From positions 21,023-85,022 of the IMG/VR virus record IMGVR_UViG_3300029156_000002: a stretch of 64,000 nucleotides of DNA, one strand, 5' to 3'. Origin of the DNA: a virus. The notes under the pieces were generated by a model that was not told where the DNA came from, ran no database searches, and saw only the letters and a list, made by a program, of their open reading frames with translations. Below, in pieces: positions 1 through 10,205 of the stretch (the first letter of the stretch is position 1; every line of letters begins with the position of its first letter). The position numbers and the translations under genes are program-made.

Positions 1-2871
1 ACTGTCCGTAAACGTGGTCAAAGCTAACTCTCCAGAACCCCCTATATAATAGAGCCTGCCTTTATATGGAACTAAACATCCAGCAAACGGGAATGCTTGA
101 GTTGCTGAGAAGCCAAAATCTGTCACCGTTCGAAGCACAGGGTCAAAAACTAGATATCCATTTGTCGTTGTGGTTCCTGTGCCGTCATCGCCAAGAAAGT
201 AAATATTTCCTCCGAATTCAGCTGCTGCACCAGCGATAAAATCAACTGCTGATCCAGTCACAGTAATTTGAGCACCATCAACAGCACCGCCATCGGGCGT
301 TCCGTCAACATTAATTGCCCAGATTTCATCCAACGAAGCAAGACCAACGTCTTGTCCGCCAATAACATAGATAGTCGATCCAATTGCAGCTGTTGCTGAG
401 AAGCGGCGACCTGTCATGCTAGTAATGGCAAGTGCGCTTTCTTGCGATTCAAACGTTTTGATATCAAAGTAATCAAGCGTGTTCGTATAAACGTTTCCAT
501 CATCTGAACCAGCAACCGCCCAAATTTTGTCGCCGATTAACATCCCTTGCCCGCATTGTCGGCGTCTGAAACCGATAGCCCCTAGGTCCGTCCACGTATT
601 CGTATTTGCGTCAAGGTACCAAACATCCTGATTGTTGCTGGGACCTGTGGCCAACCCGCCAATCACAAAGACGCGATTATTCTCTGGATCACTCGCAGAA
701 ACGTGGTCTTTTAGCGTGCCTGGCATATCAGCCGCTTGCATGTATGTCCCTGTTTCCGGATAAAAGACTTCAACGCTATCTAGATCGCCTCCGCCATTAG
801 CCCCTCCCGTGACGAAAATTCTGTCACCAAGCGTAGCGCACGCATGCCTAGAGCGTGCAGTTGTCAATGGAGGAATGCCACTTTGCGTTGGATTTGCAAA
901 AGGGAATGGCGTCGCAATAGCCGGGCTTGCAACGAGGACGCTAAATTTTTCGCCTGTTGTTTTCGCTATTCCTGGTGTAGTTGATTTCTTTAACCCGTTA
1001 ACTCTGAACGCAAACGCTTCGTCTGTAAATTCATCATTAGATGAACCTCCATTATCGTCAAAATTTTTGCCTGCAAAGTAATAGTGAATTCCAGAAACTG
1101 CTCCATAGATCCCGCTATGTCTTGTAGAAGCGTGTCCATCGTTAGTTACATCAATCCAAGAATCAGTAATAGGATCATAGATTCGGTGATAGCCACGGCC
1201 GGCACTGCCAGTTCCTCCAACATTATTGCCAAACAGAACGTGGATCAAACCATTATCAGAAATTAGCAATGGATCGTATCTCTCAGGGGGCTCCGTTCCT
1301 GTTGCTGTCCCGGCTGCAGGAGTAGCTAGTACCGTCCATGCATCCTGTGTTGGGTCATAAGAGTGAAATGTTTTGTTTGATACTGCGTCTGGTTGATTGG
1401 CTCCGCCGTAAAGATACAGCAAATTATTCAAGCTAGTAAAGCCTGGGAAGTTTTTGATTGCAGGTAAGCTTGTGATAGATGACCAGCTATCAAGAGTTGG
1501 GTCGTAAACCCAAGCTTCACCTTTCTGTGCTGCTCCATCATGCCCCGCTGCGTAGTAAAGCTTCCCATCAATTGCAACCATAGCGCCGCCAAAGCGCGCC
1601 GACGGCAAAGGTGCTCCAGAGCTCAGCCATGTATTTGTTTCTGCATTATAACGACGAGTCAAAGCCACTGGAGTCATTGCAGCGAGGCTAGCTCCAGTCG
1701 CCCCCCCGACAACGTATATAATATCCCCAATTGTTGCGGCTCGCATCCCATAGGTATCCGTATCAGGTATGTTTGCGAGAGCAGACCAAGAAACTACACT
1801 AGAAAGCGCACTTTGGTCAGTTGAAGGATCATAAACGTGTGTATCTGAAGAGTTCGAGAATACGGAATCGGTTCCTCCAAATGCATAAATTTTGCTAGCA
1901 CGAACAGCACTTGCCGACCCAAATATTCCAGCTGCAGAGTTCGGATGTTCCTCACGAGTCCCAACATAAGAGACAAGATCTAAGTTACCCCCGCCAACAT
2001 CAACAATTTCACCGTTTACTCTTGTTTCTTCAGATGCGAAATCCTCGAATTTAATTAGGTCAGCAACAGATGAAGTCGAGTTCTGTCCAGAGATATCTGA
2101 TGACGTTGGCACGCTACCAGCGCCTCCGCCTGTGACGGTTCCAATAAATACAACGCCTGAGGCGCCTTGAAGAGAAGAGTTTCTGCGTACTGTAGGGCCA
2201 AGTAAAACGACGGTGTAATCGCTAGGAGTTGTGGATGCCGTAGGTTGTCCAAGCTTATCAGCCAAAACCGTAACTTTGTTTTCCCCAGCTGTGAATGCAA
2301 CGGTTTCAAGCTTGATAGCAACAGCTTCACTAGTTCCCTCTGGAACGTTTTTGTAAACAAGGCATGTCCGTCCAGCATGGGAAACGCCAGCTTCACAAAC
2401 GCTATCTACGCGAAACTCAAGATCGCTGCCCAAAAGCGTGACCGAGTTTGGAGCACCCGCAACCCCAATGAGTTCCTGAAAGCCCACATATTCAGGCTCA
2501 CTGGAGCGCGAGTTTAGTTGTATACCGTCAAAAGATTCACCAAAAATTGGCGTTTCGACATATTCAAGTCCAATTTCGTAAACTACACCAAGTGTATTTT
2601 CAAACGCAACATCTGTGCAATAAGTAATCGCGGAGCATTGCAATACATGCCCAATGCCATCCGTCGCTTTTTGCGTACCAACAATATCGAACTCATCAAT
2701 CGTTGTAATATCCAAAGTCAAAGGACCATCAAAAACCCCTGGCTCATCGTAGATAGCTGAGAAGTTCGCAACGTCCGTTGCTTGCAAATATTCTAGCATG
2801 TGATCTTTCAGATCACGTGTAGAGACAAGCCTATTAGGGTTGATGTTGATAAATTTATCTGTAGTGGGCAT
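1..2871 (-). CDS. Tail fibre / receptor-binding protein with two tandem six-bladed Kelch beta-propellers (3' end outside window, >=957 aa)
   Basis: Hand-translated: ATG at 2871 (MPTTDKFININPNRLVSTRDL...), no stop to position 1, absent from the ORF track. Twelve Kelch-like blades, e.g. ARFGGAMVAIDGKLYYAAG, ARSRHACATLGDRIFVTGG, RRFSATAAIGSTIYVIGG, with YDP..DSW spacers. Directly downstream of baseplate genes. Confidence 0.85.
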   Translation of the reverse strand, partial: MPTTDKFININPNRLVSTRDLKDHMLEYLQATDVANFSAIYDEPGVFDGPLTLDITTIDEFDIVGTQKATDGIGHVLQCSAITYCTDVAFENTLGVVYEIGLEYVETPIFGESFDGIQLNSRSSEPEYVGFQELIGVAGAPNSVTLLGSDLEFRVDSVCEAGVSHAGRTCLVYKNVPEGTSEAVAIKLETVAFTAGENKVTVLADKLGQPTASTTPSDYTVVLLGPTVRRNSSLQGASGVVFIGTVTGGGAGSVPTSSDISGQNSTSSVADLIKFEDFASEETRVNGEIVDVGGGNLDLVSYVGTREEHPNSAAGIFGSASAVRASKIYAFGGTDSVFSNSSDTHVYDPSTDQSALSSVVSWSALANIPDTDTYGMRAATIGDIIYVVGGATGASLAAMTPVALTRRYNAETNTWLSSGAPLPSARFGGAMVAIDGKLYYAAGHDGAAQKGEAWVYDPTLDSWSSITSLPAIKNFPGFTSLNNLLYLYGGANQPDAVSNKTFHSYDPTQDAWTVLATPAAGTATGTEPPERYDPLLISDNGLIHVLFGNNVGGTGSAGRGYHRIYDPITDSWIDVTNDGHASTRHSGIYGAVSGIHYYFAGKNFDDNGGSSNDEFTDEAFAFRVNGLKKSTTPGIAKTTGEKFSVLVASPAIATPFPFANPTQSGIPPLTTARSRHACATLGDRIFVTGGANGGGDLDSVEVFYPETGTYMQAADMPGTLKDHVSASDPENNRVFVIGGLATGPSNNQDVWYLDANTNTWTDLGAIGFRRRQCGQGMLIGDKIWAVAGSDDGNVYTNTLDYFDIKTFESQESALAITSMTGRRFSATAAIGSTIYVIGGQDVGLASLDEIWAINVDGTPDGGAVDGAQITVTGSAVDFIAGAAAEFGGNIYFLGDDGTGTTTTNGYLVFDPVLRTVTDFGFSATQAFPFAGCLVPYKGRLYYIGGSGELALTTFTDS

Positions 2872-2882
2872 CGCTGGTCCTC

Positions 2883-4172
2883 TTACGAATTGATATCGAC
2901 AAATATGTTTTCGGCTGGGAGCTTGACGACTTCGAACCAGTCGACCGTCATCTCTGAGCCTGTCGTGTGTGAAAGTGTGATGGTTCCTACGCCGCCTGCC
3001 AAAACGTTGGTCAGATCAAGAACCTCAACGTTGTCCACGTAAAGACGAATTCTGGTCGATGTTGCGCTTTCGTCGTACTCAACATGAACGCGTAAGCCTA
3101 AGTCCTGGCCGTTGACAACGGGGATGCCGTGGTCAGCGAACAAAGCAACGGTCGCAAGCAGGCCGCCTGTATCGTGCAGCTCTAACGTCTGTGTGTCGGT
3201 CCTGAGACGAACGCTGTAGTCGCCGCCATGGAAGTCAACGCCAAACCAATCAACGCCTACTGCGGCTCCTGTGAGCTTCGTGTAGAACAAAATGTTGCTC
3301 CATAGCGAAGCCGCATCAATGTTTACTGTAGCGCTTTCAACTACAGCGGTATCAGTTAGATTTAGTGTTCCTCCGGAGACGGCATCTTCTGGATTCGGAA
3401 GGCCGGTCGTGATGTCCCAACCTATGATATCTTCGTCAACATCAAAGCGGTCTAGCACGTCAACAAATGAGATCAGGACTCTTTCGCCACTTGGCCTCCA
3501 AAGCTTTACTGCCTCTTCCACTAAAGAACGCTCTAGCTCTTGGTCAGGATCCACAAGGCGAAGGTTGACAGTCCTTGCCCCAGCGTCATCGGTTAGAAAA
3601 ATGTCTGTTCCGTCGCGCTGTTCAGAGATATAGCCTTCGTCAAGAATCCAGCGTGTATCAAACCAATCCCAGATCCATCCATCAATCCCAACCAGCACGT
3701 TCAGGATCTCCAGGTAACTACCTGCTGAGCCGCGTCGTTTCCACAAACGAATAGAAGAATCGATAAGTCTACGCTTCTGAACGAAATCTAGTTGGTCTGT
3801 AATGACCTTCAAATCATCAGTCCAGCCAACTGTTAGAAGCAGATGGCATAGTAGCTCATCAGGCGTCTCAGAAATACGCCAAATCTTCTTGATATCTTCA
3901 GCCTTCTCGATCCACTTTTCCCACTCCTTTTGCGGTCCGTCTAGCCAACGCTTAAGAAGAAGGTTGCCTTGAATTCGATCAGCATCGCGGATGCCTTTCA
4001 GCAAGAAGCGATAAATTTCAAGTGGAAACCCCTCAGATTGATCCGTTGGATCGAACCCGATCATTTGCGAGGTTGCTGGAAGAGCTAATGCGTTCCCAGC
4101 TTTGTCCACAATCCCGCCCGTGAGCGGTGCACTGCCTCCCCAAAAAGAACCCCAAGTTGAACCCCAAGACAT
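2883..4172 (-). CDS. Baseplate wedge / P2 gpI-like tail protein with C-terminal beta-sandwich
   Basis: PDELLCHLLLTVGW...RRLIDSSIRLWKRRGSAGSY resembles the phage tail protein I family; sits between baseplate J and the fibre. Confidence 0.6.
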   Translation of the reverse strand: MSWGSTWGSFWGGSAPLTGGIVDKAGNALALPATSQMIGFDPTDQSEGFPLEIYRFLLKGIRDADRIQGNLLLKRWLDGPQKEWEKWIEKAEDIKKIWRISETPDELLCHLLLTVGWTDDLKVITDQLDFVQKRRLIDSSIRLWKRRGSAGSYLEILNVLVGIDGWIWDWFDTRWILDEGYISEQRDGTDIFLTDDAGARTVNLRLVDPDQELERSLVEEAVKLWRPSGERVLISFVDVLDRFDVDEDIIGWDITTGLPNPEDAVSGGTLNLTDTAVVESATVNIDAASLWSNILFYTKLTGAAVGVDWFGVDFHGGDYSVRLRTDTQTLELHDTGGLLATVALFADHGIPVVNGQDLGLRVHVEYDESATSTRIRLYVDNVEVLDLTNVLAGGVGTITLSHTTGSEMTVDWFEVVKLPAENIFVDINS

Positions 4173-4179
4173 ATTAAAA

Positions 4180-5313
4180 TTACTCGATCGTTAGGGTATA
4201 AAGAAAACCAGGAGTTTGGTCGGTTGTAGCAAGCATAGCGATCGGCCCAACGATATCGATCACGGAAAGAGTTTTCAGCCCCCCGTTCCATGTGTATCGC
4301 GATGGATCTCGAATCTCAGTTGTGTTCGCCATCACATCGTCAAAAAGAACATCGACTCTGTTTTTTGACGTAGCAATGACGGATTGAATTGTGGGAACTA
4401 TACCTATTCCGGTGAATGTTCCTGAATTGAATGCTAGATCGACAGAGTTGCCAAAATCGTCTGTAACGAGCGGCTCAACTTTAGCAGTAAAAACTTTGCC
4501 AATTGTTTGCTCTGTAACTTGAATTCGAGCCTGTGTTCTGTCGTTTGAGACATCAACGCCGGTATAATAAACTGGGAAGCCATCAGCTGGTTCAATGAAC
4601 GTATAAGCGTTCAGAGACTGAAGATTCAATTCGTCCATTGGTTCGCTAAACGTGATGATCAACTCATTGCCGTCGCCAGAAAGAACGAAACTGTCTGCCT
4701 TTGGAAGCTCTGCTAAACCCGTAAACTCAATCTCTGTGTCTGGAACGATAGTGTTTCCTGAGACGTCAGCCACACCGCTCAGAAAGCGAGCCGTGTGTGG
4801 CTGACCGTCGCTCATCTTAGGAACGATGGTGAAGCGAATTGTATCCGAGGCTTGTAAAGCTACAGAAATAAGTTCGAGCCTTTTGCCAGTCAGCTCAGAA
4901 GTTAGAATGTATTGATCTCGATCTTCGACTGTATTTGCATCAACATCTTCATCGAATTGAACATCAATTTCAGTAAAACTTATTGCCGTTGCTAAGATAG
5001 GAACAGGTCCATCGCCGACTGCCGTAAACGAAGCGGTCCGAAATGATGGGTCCATCGGCTCCGCACTGACGTTCTGAAGAAACGTGCTGGCCGTAACCGT
5101 ATGAAGTTGGTTATCAAGCGGATCGTTCTGGAGCGTTAGACGTACGCGTGCTGGGTTTGCTGGAAGAGTTACGCCAGTTAGGGTGATTGTTGGGCTGATG
5201 GAATAGCTAGATGTATTAACGAACAGGCCAGTACGATCCATCACTTGGTCGAATGTCAGTTCGATCTCAGTAGGAGAAACCTGAACGGCCGAAAGTAACT
5301 GCGGAGCACTCAT
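4180..5313 (-). CDS. Virion protein with tandem bacterial Ig-like (SbsA/Big_5-like) domains
   Basis: Repeated units such as IELTFDQVMD, IDVQFDEDVD, LIITFSEPMD, VDVLFDDVMA, each followed by a Y-x-I motif and V..V.D..GN strands. Confidence 0.65.
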   Translation of the reverse strand: MSAPQLLSAVQVSPTEIELTFDQVMDRTGLFVNTSSYSISPTITLTGVTLPANPARVRLTLQNDPLDNQLHTVTASTFLQNVSAEPMDPSFRTASFTAVGDGPVPILATAISFTEIDVQFDEDVDANTVEDRDQYILTSELTGKRLELISVALQASDTIRFTIVPKMSDGQPHTARFLSGVADVSGNTIVPDTEIEFTGLAELPKADSFVLSGDGNELIITFSEPMDELNLQSLNAYTFIEPADGFPVYYTGVDVSNDRTQARIQVTEQTIGKVFTAKVEPLVTDDFGNSVDLAFNSGTFTGIGIVPTIQSVIATSKNRVDVLFDDVMANTTEIRDPSRYTWNGGLKTLSVIDIVGPIAMLATTDQTPGFLYTLTIE

Positions 5314-5316
5314 AGC

Positions 5317-7485
5317 TTACACGAACTCGATCTGAATGTTCCCGGCGATAGGAAGTTGTCGGCCCGAAAGCCCCACGTCTGTGGCGGGCTCAATGATGTT
5401 CACGTTCTGAATGCTAGTCGAAACTTTGTGAATCTCGTGGTCGATGCGTGACAACGCAACTGTCTCGCCAAAGTCCCACTCAAAGCTAAGGCCATCATTT
5501 GTCCTTGCTTCAGGTTGGAAAACTCGACGCAGCTGATTCTCAATTTGCAAACGAATCACACCCGTTGCTTGGATTTCAACGCGAATATCGATTGGTTTCT
5601 GAATGTAGTTCTTTGCCGTGACCTTCTGGTTGCTCACGAAGTGCGCGACGACTTGCGGTCTAGCAAATTTATCGCCATTGAAAAAGAGTTCAAGTTCTTC
5701 TAGCTGAGTTGTCGTCGCAGCGCCTCCGCCCTTAGCGACCACAACAAGCTCAACCGTCTTAGGCCCGAAAGCTTCCTCAATTGCAAAGGCTCGGGAGTAG
5801 GGTTGCGCGCCATTGTCATCAACGAAGCGAGTTGTAAGATTCGGCAAGTCATCAGCTGAGATAGCGACGTCCTTAGATCGCAAAGTCGCAGGCCCGGTTT
5901 GCTTAGTTATCTCAAGGCTGCATGCGTCTGCACCTTCTGAAGCGCTCCAACCCGCGGCTTGCCTAGGGTTCGTGATGCTGTTGACAAATGACAACCCGGC
6001 GTTATCAAGCGTGATGCGGTTCGCCCCAACGTTGCCGTCATTTTCTGCTCCAAAGCGGAACGTGTATGCAATATTACTGGCGCCTACGGGCGGGATGCGC
6101 CCTTGATCTCCGTTGCCGAAAATGATCTGTGCTTGGTCGGTGCCCGTAAGTTGAACAACATAGTGCTCGTCGAGCGGGGTGCTGTTGATGAAGTCGCGGA
6201 CCCGCGTCCATGCTGTAGCATTAACAGTCAGAACAGCTGTCGAGTCGTCGATGAAGTTCTCGCGACTGGTTAGGAACGTTTGGTTAGCTGATCCATCGCT
6301 TGAACCAAGGGGCGAATCGATCTGAGTCTGCCCCTGAGTAACATCACCAATCATGTACTGAGCACCCTGAGTCATCAGGCCGTATTGGACGACTGGGGAA
6401 GATGCGTCAGGATCGATGATGCGGAATCGAATCCAGAAAGCTTCCACGCCTTCGATCGTTGTCTTCTTCCAATTCTGCGTGTCGCTTTGTGGAACTGTGA
6501 ACGAAATAGCCCCCGTCGTTCCGAAAACGCCTGTTGTTTCATCGTCGAGCGTAATCTGATCCCAATCAGAACCAACGATGTAATCGTCAGAATCCGTAGA
6601 CACAGCGGATTGGCCTAGCAATGTGGTCGTCTCTACGATGTTCTGCGAACCTGTCCAAACAACCTCAGCATCTTCAGATGCGCCGGTCTCAACTAAAGTT
6701 ATGCGAACTAACGTCCCAGCTCTATTTTCGTCGCCAAGGTAGCCGTTCACGAAGACCTGTAGTTTGTTGCCTAGAACAGCAACTGAATCAGGCTTAGCTT
6801 TCTGGAAGTCGCCATTGTAGAACTCCCAAATGCCTACGTTGTCTGGATTCTCTGTCGTGAAGAACAGATCGATGCGATTGTGCATCGCGTCCACATGACC
6901 AAAATAAACAGCGTCGTTGTTCGCTGGGGAAGCCCAAGGTGTCCAGTCTGTTGCTGGTGTTGTTGGGTCGTTGGCTTCTGTGGTGAAGTCTGTAAAGACT
7001 CCATTTTCTTCAGCTAGAACGCTAGAAAATTTAGATGTCCCGTCAGCGTCTGTGATCGAAAGAGCCTCGTTCGCTTCAACGAAGATTTTGATCCCTGTGT
7101 CTGGATCCTCTTCGGTTGACGCTTGTGCTCCATCGGGAACGATTGTTGCTGTTGTAGTAAATACGCGACTCAGCTCATAAAGCAGCTCAGTCTGCGATGG
7201 CCGAGCAGGAGACATTTCATAGTCAATCAACCGCAAATGATCACGCACGCTCTGTTGTAGAGCTGATGTTCGCAGAAGAGCCTCGTTTGCCGCCATGTCA
7301 ATAACCGCATTGGTATAATGCCCGACAACAGCGAAGCTGCGTAAAAGTTGGATCGAAGGCTCAAACTCACTTTCGTCTGTCAGCTCTGGCGCATTAATAC
7401 GCTTGAACGTCAGAAGGCTTTCCAGAATCTGAGGATAGAAAAAAGCAAACTGAAAGTCAGGGACGGTAACTGTATTAGAGGCCAT
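5317..7485 (-). CDS. Baseplate J-like wedge protein with large insertion
   Basis: N-terminal NEALLRTSALQQSVRDHLRLIDY; LGSSDGSANQTF; FGNGDQGRIPP; GAENDGNVGANRI; C-terminal DVAISADD...VELVVV. Confidence 0.85.
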   Translation of the reverse strand: MASNTVTVPDFQFAFFYPQILESLLTFKRINAPELTDESEFEPSIQLLRSFAVVGHYTNAVIDMAANEALLRTSALQQSVRDHLRLIDYEMSPARPSQTELLYELSRVFTTTATIVPDGAQASTEEDPDTGIKIFVEANEALSITDADGTSKFSSVLAEENGVFTDFTTEANDPTTPATDWTPWASPANNDAVYFGHVDAMHNRIDLFFTTENPDNVGIWEFYNGDFQKAKPDSVAVLGNKLQVFVNGYLGDENRAGTLVRITLVETGASEDAEVVWTGSQNIVETTTLLGQSAVSTDSDDYIVGSDWDQITLDDETTGVFGTTGAISFTVPQSDTQNWKKTTIEGVEAFWIRFRIIDPDASSPVVQYGLMTQGAQYMIGDVTQGQTQIDSPLGSSDGSANQTFLTSRENFIDDSTAVLTVNATAWTRVRDFINSTPLDEHYVVQLTGTDQAQIIFGNGDQGRIPPVGASNIAYTFRFGAENDGNVGANRITLDNAGLSFVNSITNPRQAAGWSASEGADACSLEITKQTGPATLRSKDVAISADDLPNLTTRFVDDNGAQPYSRAFAIEEAFGPKTVELVVVAKGGGAATTTQLEELELFFNGDKFARPQVVAHFVSNQKVTAKNYIQKPIDIRVEIQATGVIRLQIENQLRRVFQPEARTNDGLSFEWDFGETVALSRIDHEIHKVSTSIQNVNIIEPATDVGLSGRQLPIAGNIQIEFV

Positions 7486-7487
7486 GA

Positions 7488-7904
7488 TTAAAGCTTAGCT
7501 CCGTATTCTCTTTGCTCTTGAGCTTCAAGGTTGATGTAATTCAAGAACATGATTGCGTCGCCGCCCTCTTGTGTGAATACGATAGATTCCTCAACAAGCT
7601 TGTAACGATTCTGGCGCTCCAGACTTGCGAAGACTCTTGAAACACGCTCAATGATCAACTCTCGTGTGACCGTGTCTCCGATATCGAAGATGTTTTGCGA
7701 GCCTGCTAGGTCCTGTTGAAAAGCGTTGTCGTTCTCTCCATCAAGAAGCGCGATGGTAATGATCTTGTTGTCGTTATCTTGGCCTGATACAAGCGCCACG
7801 CCGCCTGATTCATTTGCACGAAAAGGCAAAGCCAGGCCCTTGCGGATCGTCTGTGCTGGGCGATTCGTCCCAGCCTGTGCAATTTCTGGCTTTAACGTTG
7901 GCAT
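7488..7904 (-). CDS. Baseplate wedge subunit, gp25/gpW-like
   Basis: GLALPFR...GGVALVSGQD, IITIALLDGEN; size and position upstream of J. Confidence 0.65.
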   Translation of the reverse strand: MPTLKPEIAQAGTNRPAQTIRKGLALPFRANESGGVALVSGQDNDNKIITIALLDGENDNAFQQDLAGSQNIFDIGDTVTRELIIERVSRVFASLERQNRYKLVEESIVFTQEGGDAIMFLNYINLEAQEQREYGAKL

Positions 7905-7942
7905 GCTGTTTAGTTTCAGAGTCTACGGCATGAATCAAAACG

Positions 7943-8254
7943 CTATGCGATCAACCCTAGGGTTTGTAGAGCAACGATCAGGTTAGCTACCGTTACGGCT
8001 GGATCTGGATTGACAACAACAACGGGCGGAACTATTGGAGTCGCCCCTGCAAAACCCATCTTAGAGCCAGTATGCTTGAGGTCTCCCCCAAGGTCTGATT
8101 CTCCACGCACCTTCAGCTCTTCAACTTCAAGGTTTCCCTGCATGTTGATATCGGCGCCGGCTTCGATAGCATCTGCTAGCTTCTGTGCTGCTTCGTCATT
8201 GTCTTCGGGAGCGGGCTCAAAACTATCTTCGTAAGCTTCTTTTAGCGTAGGCAT
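7943..8254 (-). CDS. Small virion-associated hypothetical protein
   Basis: GDLKHTGSKMGFAGATP motif; TAATG overlap with the spike gene. Confidence 0.5.
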   Translation of the reverse strand: MPTLKEAYEDSFEPAPEDNDEAAQKLADAIEAGADINMQGNLEVEELKVRGESDLGGDLKHTGSKMGFAGATPIVPPVVVVNPDPAVTVANLIVALQTLGLIA

Positions 8255-9045
8255 TATGGAGCAATCACTTTCGTAGTCATCCCTGCAAGCAAAGCGGTGC
8301 CCCCATCAGTCGGAACTGGGACAATCCCAAATACCGGAGGCGCCGAGAGAGCCTCAAGCAAAAGCCCAAGGTTCAAGAGCGGAGTCGCGGCTAGTGGATT
8401 AGGCGTTTTGTATTTCAGCTTGGGTGCATCTAGAGTGACTCCAATGGGGCTCTTGACAGTTGCTCCGGTTGCATCAAGAGTGACTTCGTTCTGTGACGCG
8501 TCTTTGATCTGGATTTTGAAAGATCCCGTCGAGCTATCAAGTAAAACAACGTTGCCAGCTTGATCCTTGATCTCGATGCCTGAGTTTGTCATGCTCAGAG
8601 TTGCTTGCTGTGTGACAGCTCCTAAGCCGCCCGTGAAGGCCAGCGTAAGAGCTTCGTCGCCCTGAGTATCATCGAACATCAAGAAGTGACCACGGGGCGT
8701 CTTGAAGCCTCTACGCTTGCCATAATTCTTGCTGGTGAATTCTGAGCCAATAGGATCTTCGTCTGTAGCGAACCGTGCGCCACGCCATCGAAGCGCATGA
8801 GTCGCGATGCTAGATTGGCCGGGCTGTTCATCCTCAGATGTGCCCGTGACCATCTCAATCTCAACTGTCTGGCCAACATCAGGAACGTAGAACCATCCCC
8901 AATCTAGGGCGGGTTCAATCCAAGAAGGCATGGCTGCCTCGTCGCTGCCTGTGATTCCTGCGCAAATGACTTGGATTCGCCCAGCCTTATCAGGGTCAGC
9001 GTTCTTAGAGACCGTAGCTACATGGGTTTCCTTTTGGCTAGACAT
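8254..9045 (-). CDS. Baseplate spike (gpV/gp5/VgrG-like OB fold plus beta-helix)
   Basis: DPDKAGRIQV, GWFYVPDVGQTVEIE, KTPRGHFLMFDD. Start moved to ATG 9045 (MSSQKETH). Confidence 0.8.
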   Translation of the reverse strand: MSSQKETHVATVSKNADPDKAGRIQVICAGITGSDEAAMPSWIEPALDWGWFYVPDVGQTVEIEMVTGTSEDEQPGQSSIATHALRWRGARFATDEDPIGSEFTSKNYGKRRGFKTPRGHFLMFDDTQGDEALTLAFTGGLGAVTQQATLSMTNSGIEIKDQAGNVVLLDSSTGSFKIQIKDASQNEVTLDATGATVKSPIGVTLDAPKLKYKTPNPLAATPLLNLGLLLEALSAPPVFGIVPVPTDGGTALLAGMTTKVIAP

Positions 9046-10201
9046 CTCTAAAAACTTTCTGTGGTGGAATTTTGCGGCCACTAGTATTCATCTCATAGCC
9101 AATTCCAGGGTTCATGCGATGAGTCACCGTATAGAAGTAATAGTCCCCATCGTAAGGGTCGCCCATTCCTGTCATGCCGTGAATCTGTCTGGCGAAAATC
9201 TTTTCGATACCAACGACTTCAGCGTCACCAGTAATAAAACGTTCGTTGTTTCGCTGAAACCAACTTTCGGCCCAAAGCTTCATCTGCGCTTCAGTCTTAA
9301 AATTCCTGGACGTAACAACCTTGACCGCTGTGTCGCCAAAAGCAATCGTGACCTCTGTAGGGTCACCAAGCGGGGGAGCTTCTTCTTCAATGTCGTTGAA
9401 AAATTCTGTGCTTGTTTTGACGCGATTCGGCTCAACCGTAACAGCCTGAAACTTTCCGTTTGGCCGCTTGACCTGAACCTCTAGCGTTGTCTGTGTATCG
9501 GACAATACCTCTTCGCCAGAGAAGCTATAGATTTGGGAATCGTTGTCCTGGTTGTAGATCAGGTTGAACTTCTGTTGCTGAATCTGCCTGCCGACTGTAT
9601 TAGGGTCTTTGAAGTGCAGCGTCCATTGCCCATTCTCATCGCCATCGACCCAAAATAGGAAGCCTGTCTCGTTAGACAAGCCACGAACGAAATCGTAATC
9701 GGTCATGCCAACACGCTGAATGATCATGTCTGGGGCAGTTGGTGTTCGATCGATGTCTAAATTGAACCCGTAGTCTCTGCCGCGTGCTGAGATAACTTCA
9801 CTAAACGGCGTGTCTGCCGGCCAGAACCTTTCGCTCTTGCCCCGAGCTTTCTTGTTCTGCAACGGAGCGTTAAGCATCATCTTGCGATCCTTCGTGTACG
9901 CAACAAGATCGATAGTCGGTATTGCCCCAGCTTTAGGGAACGTAGGCCTAGCTTTCTCAATAATTGTGCGTCCGATGTAACTTAAGTCAGCGCCATAGCC
10001 CATCCAAAGACTAATTTCGTTGCCTGTCTTGAAAATCTTTTTGTTTGTTAGCTGAAAGTCCGGGTTCGCCAAGCTCATCTTCAGCGTATCCGCGTATCCA
10101 TCTACAGACTCATATTCGACCTTCTTGATCGCACGCATAACGCCGTCGCTAACATCGCTGTTGTTGACGGTTATCGCAAAATTTGGCGTGTCGGTCGTCA
10201 T
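9038..10201 (-). CDS. Baseplate hub / late control gpD-like protein
   Basis: VEYESVDGYADTLKMSLAN, GNEISLWMGYG, QRVGMTDYDFVRGLS, GDYYFYTVTHRM. Confidence 0.8.
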   Translation of the reverse strand: MTTDTPNFAITVNNSDVSDGVMRAIKKVEYESVDGYADTLKMSLANPDFQLTNKKIFKTGNEISLWMGYGADLSYIGRTIIEKARPTFPKAGAIPTIDLVAYTKDRKMMLNAPLQNKKARGKSERFWPADTPFSEVISARGRDYGFNLDIDRTPTAPDMIIQRVGMTDYDFVRGLSNETGFLFWVDGDENGQWTLHFKDPNTVGRQIQQQKFNLIYNQDNDSQIYSFSGEEVLSDTQTTLEVQVKRPNGKFQAVTVEPNRVKTSTEFFNDIEEEAPPLGDPTEVTIAFGDTAVKVVTSRNFKTEAQMKLWAESWFQRNNERFITGDAEVVGIEKIFARQIHGMTGMGDPYDGDYYFYTVTHRMNPGIGYEMNTSGRKIPPQKVFRDV

Positions 10202-10205
10202 AGAT

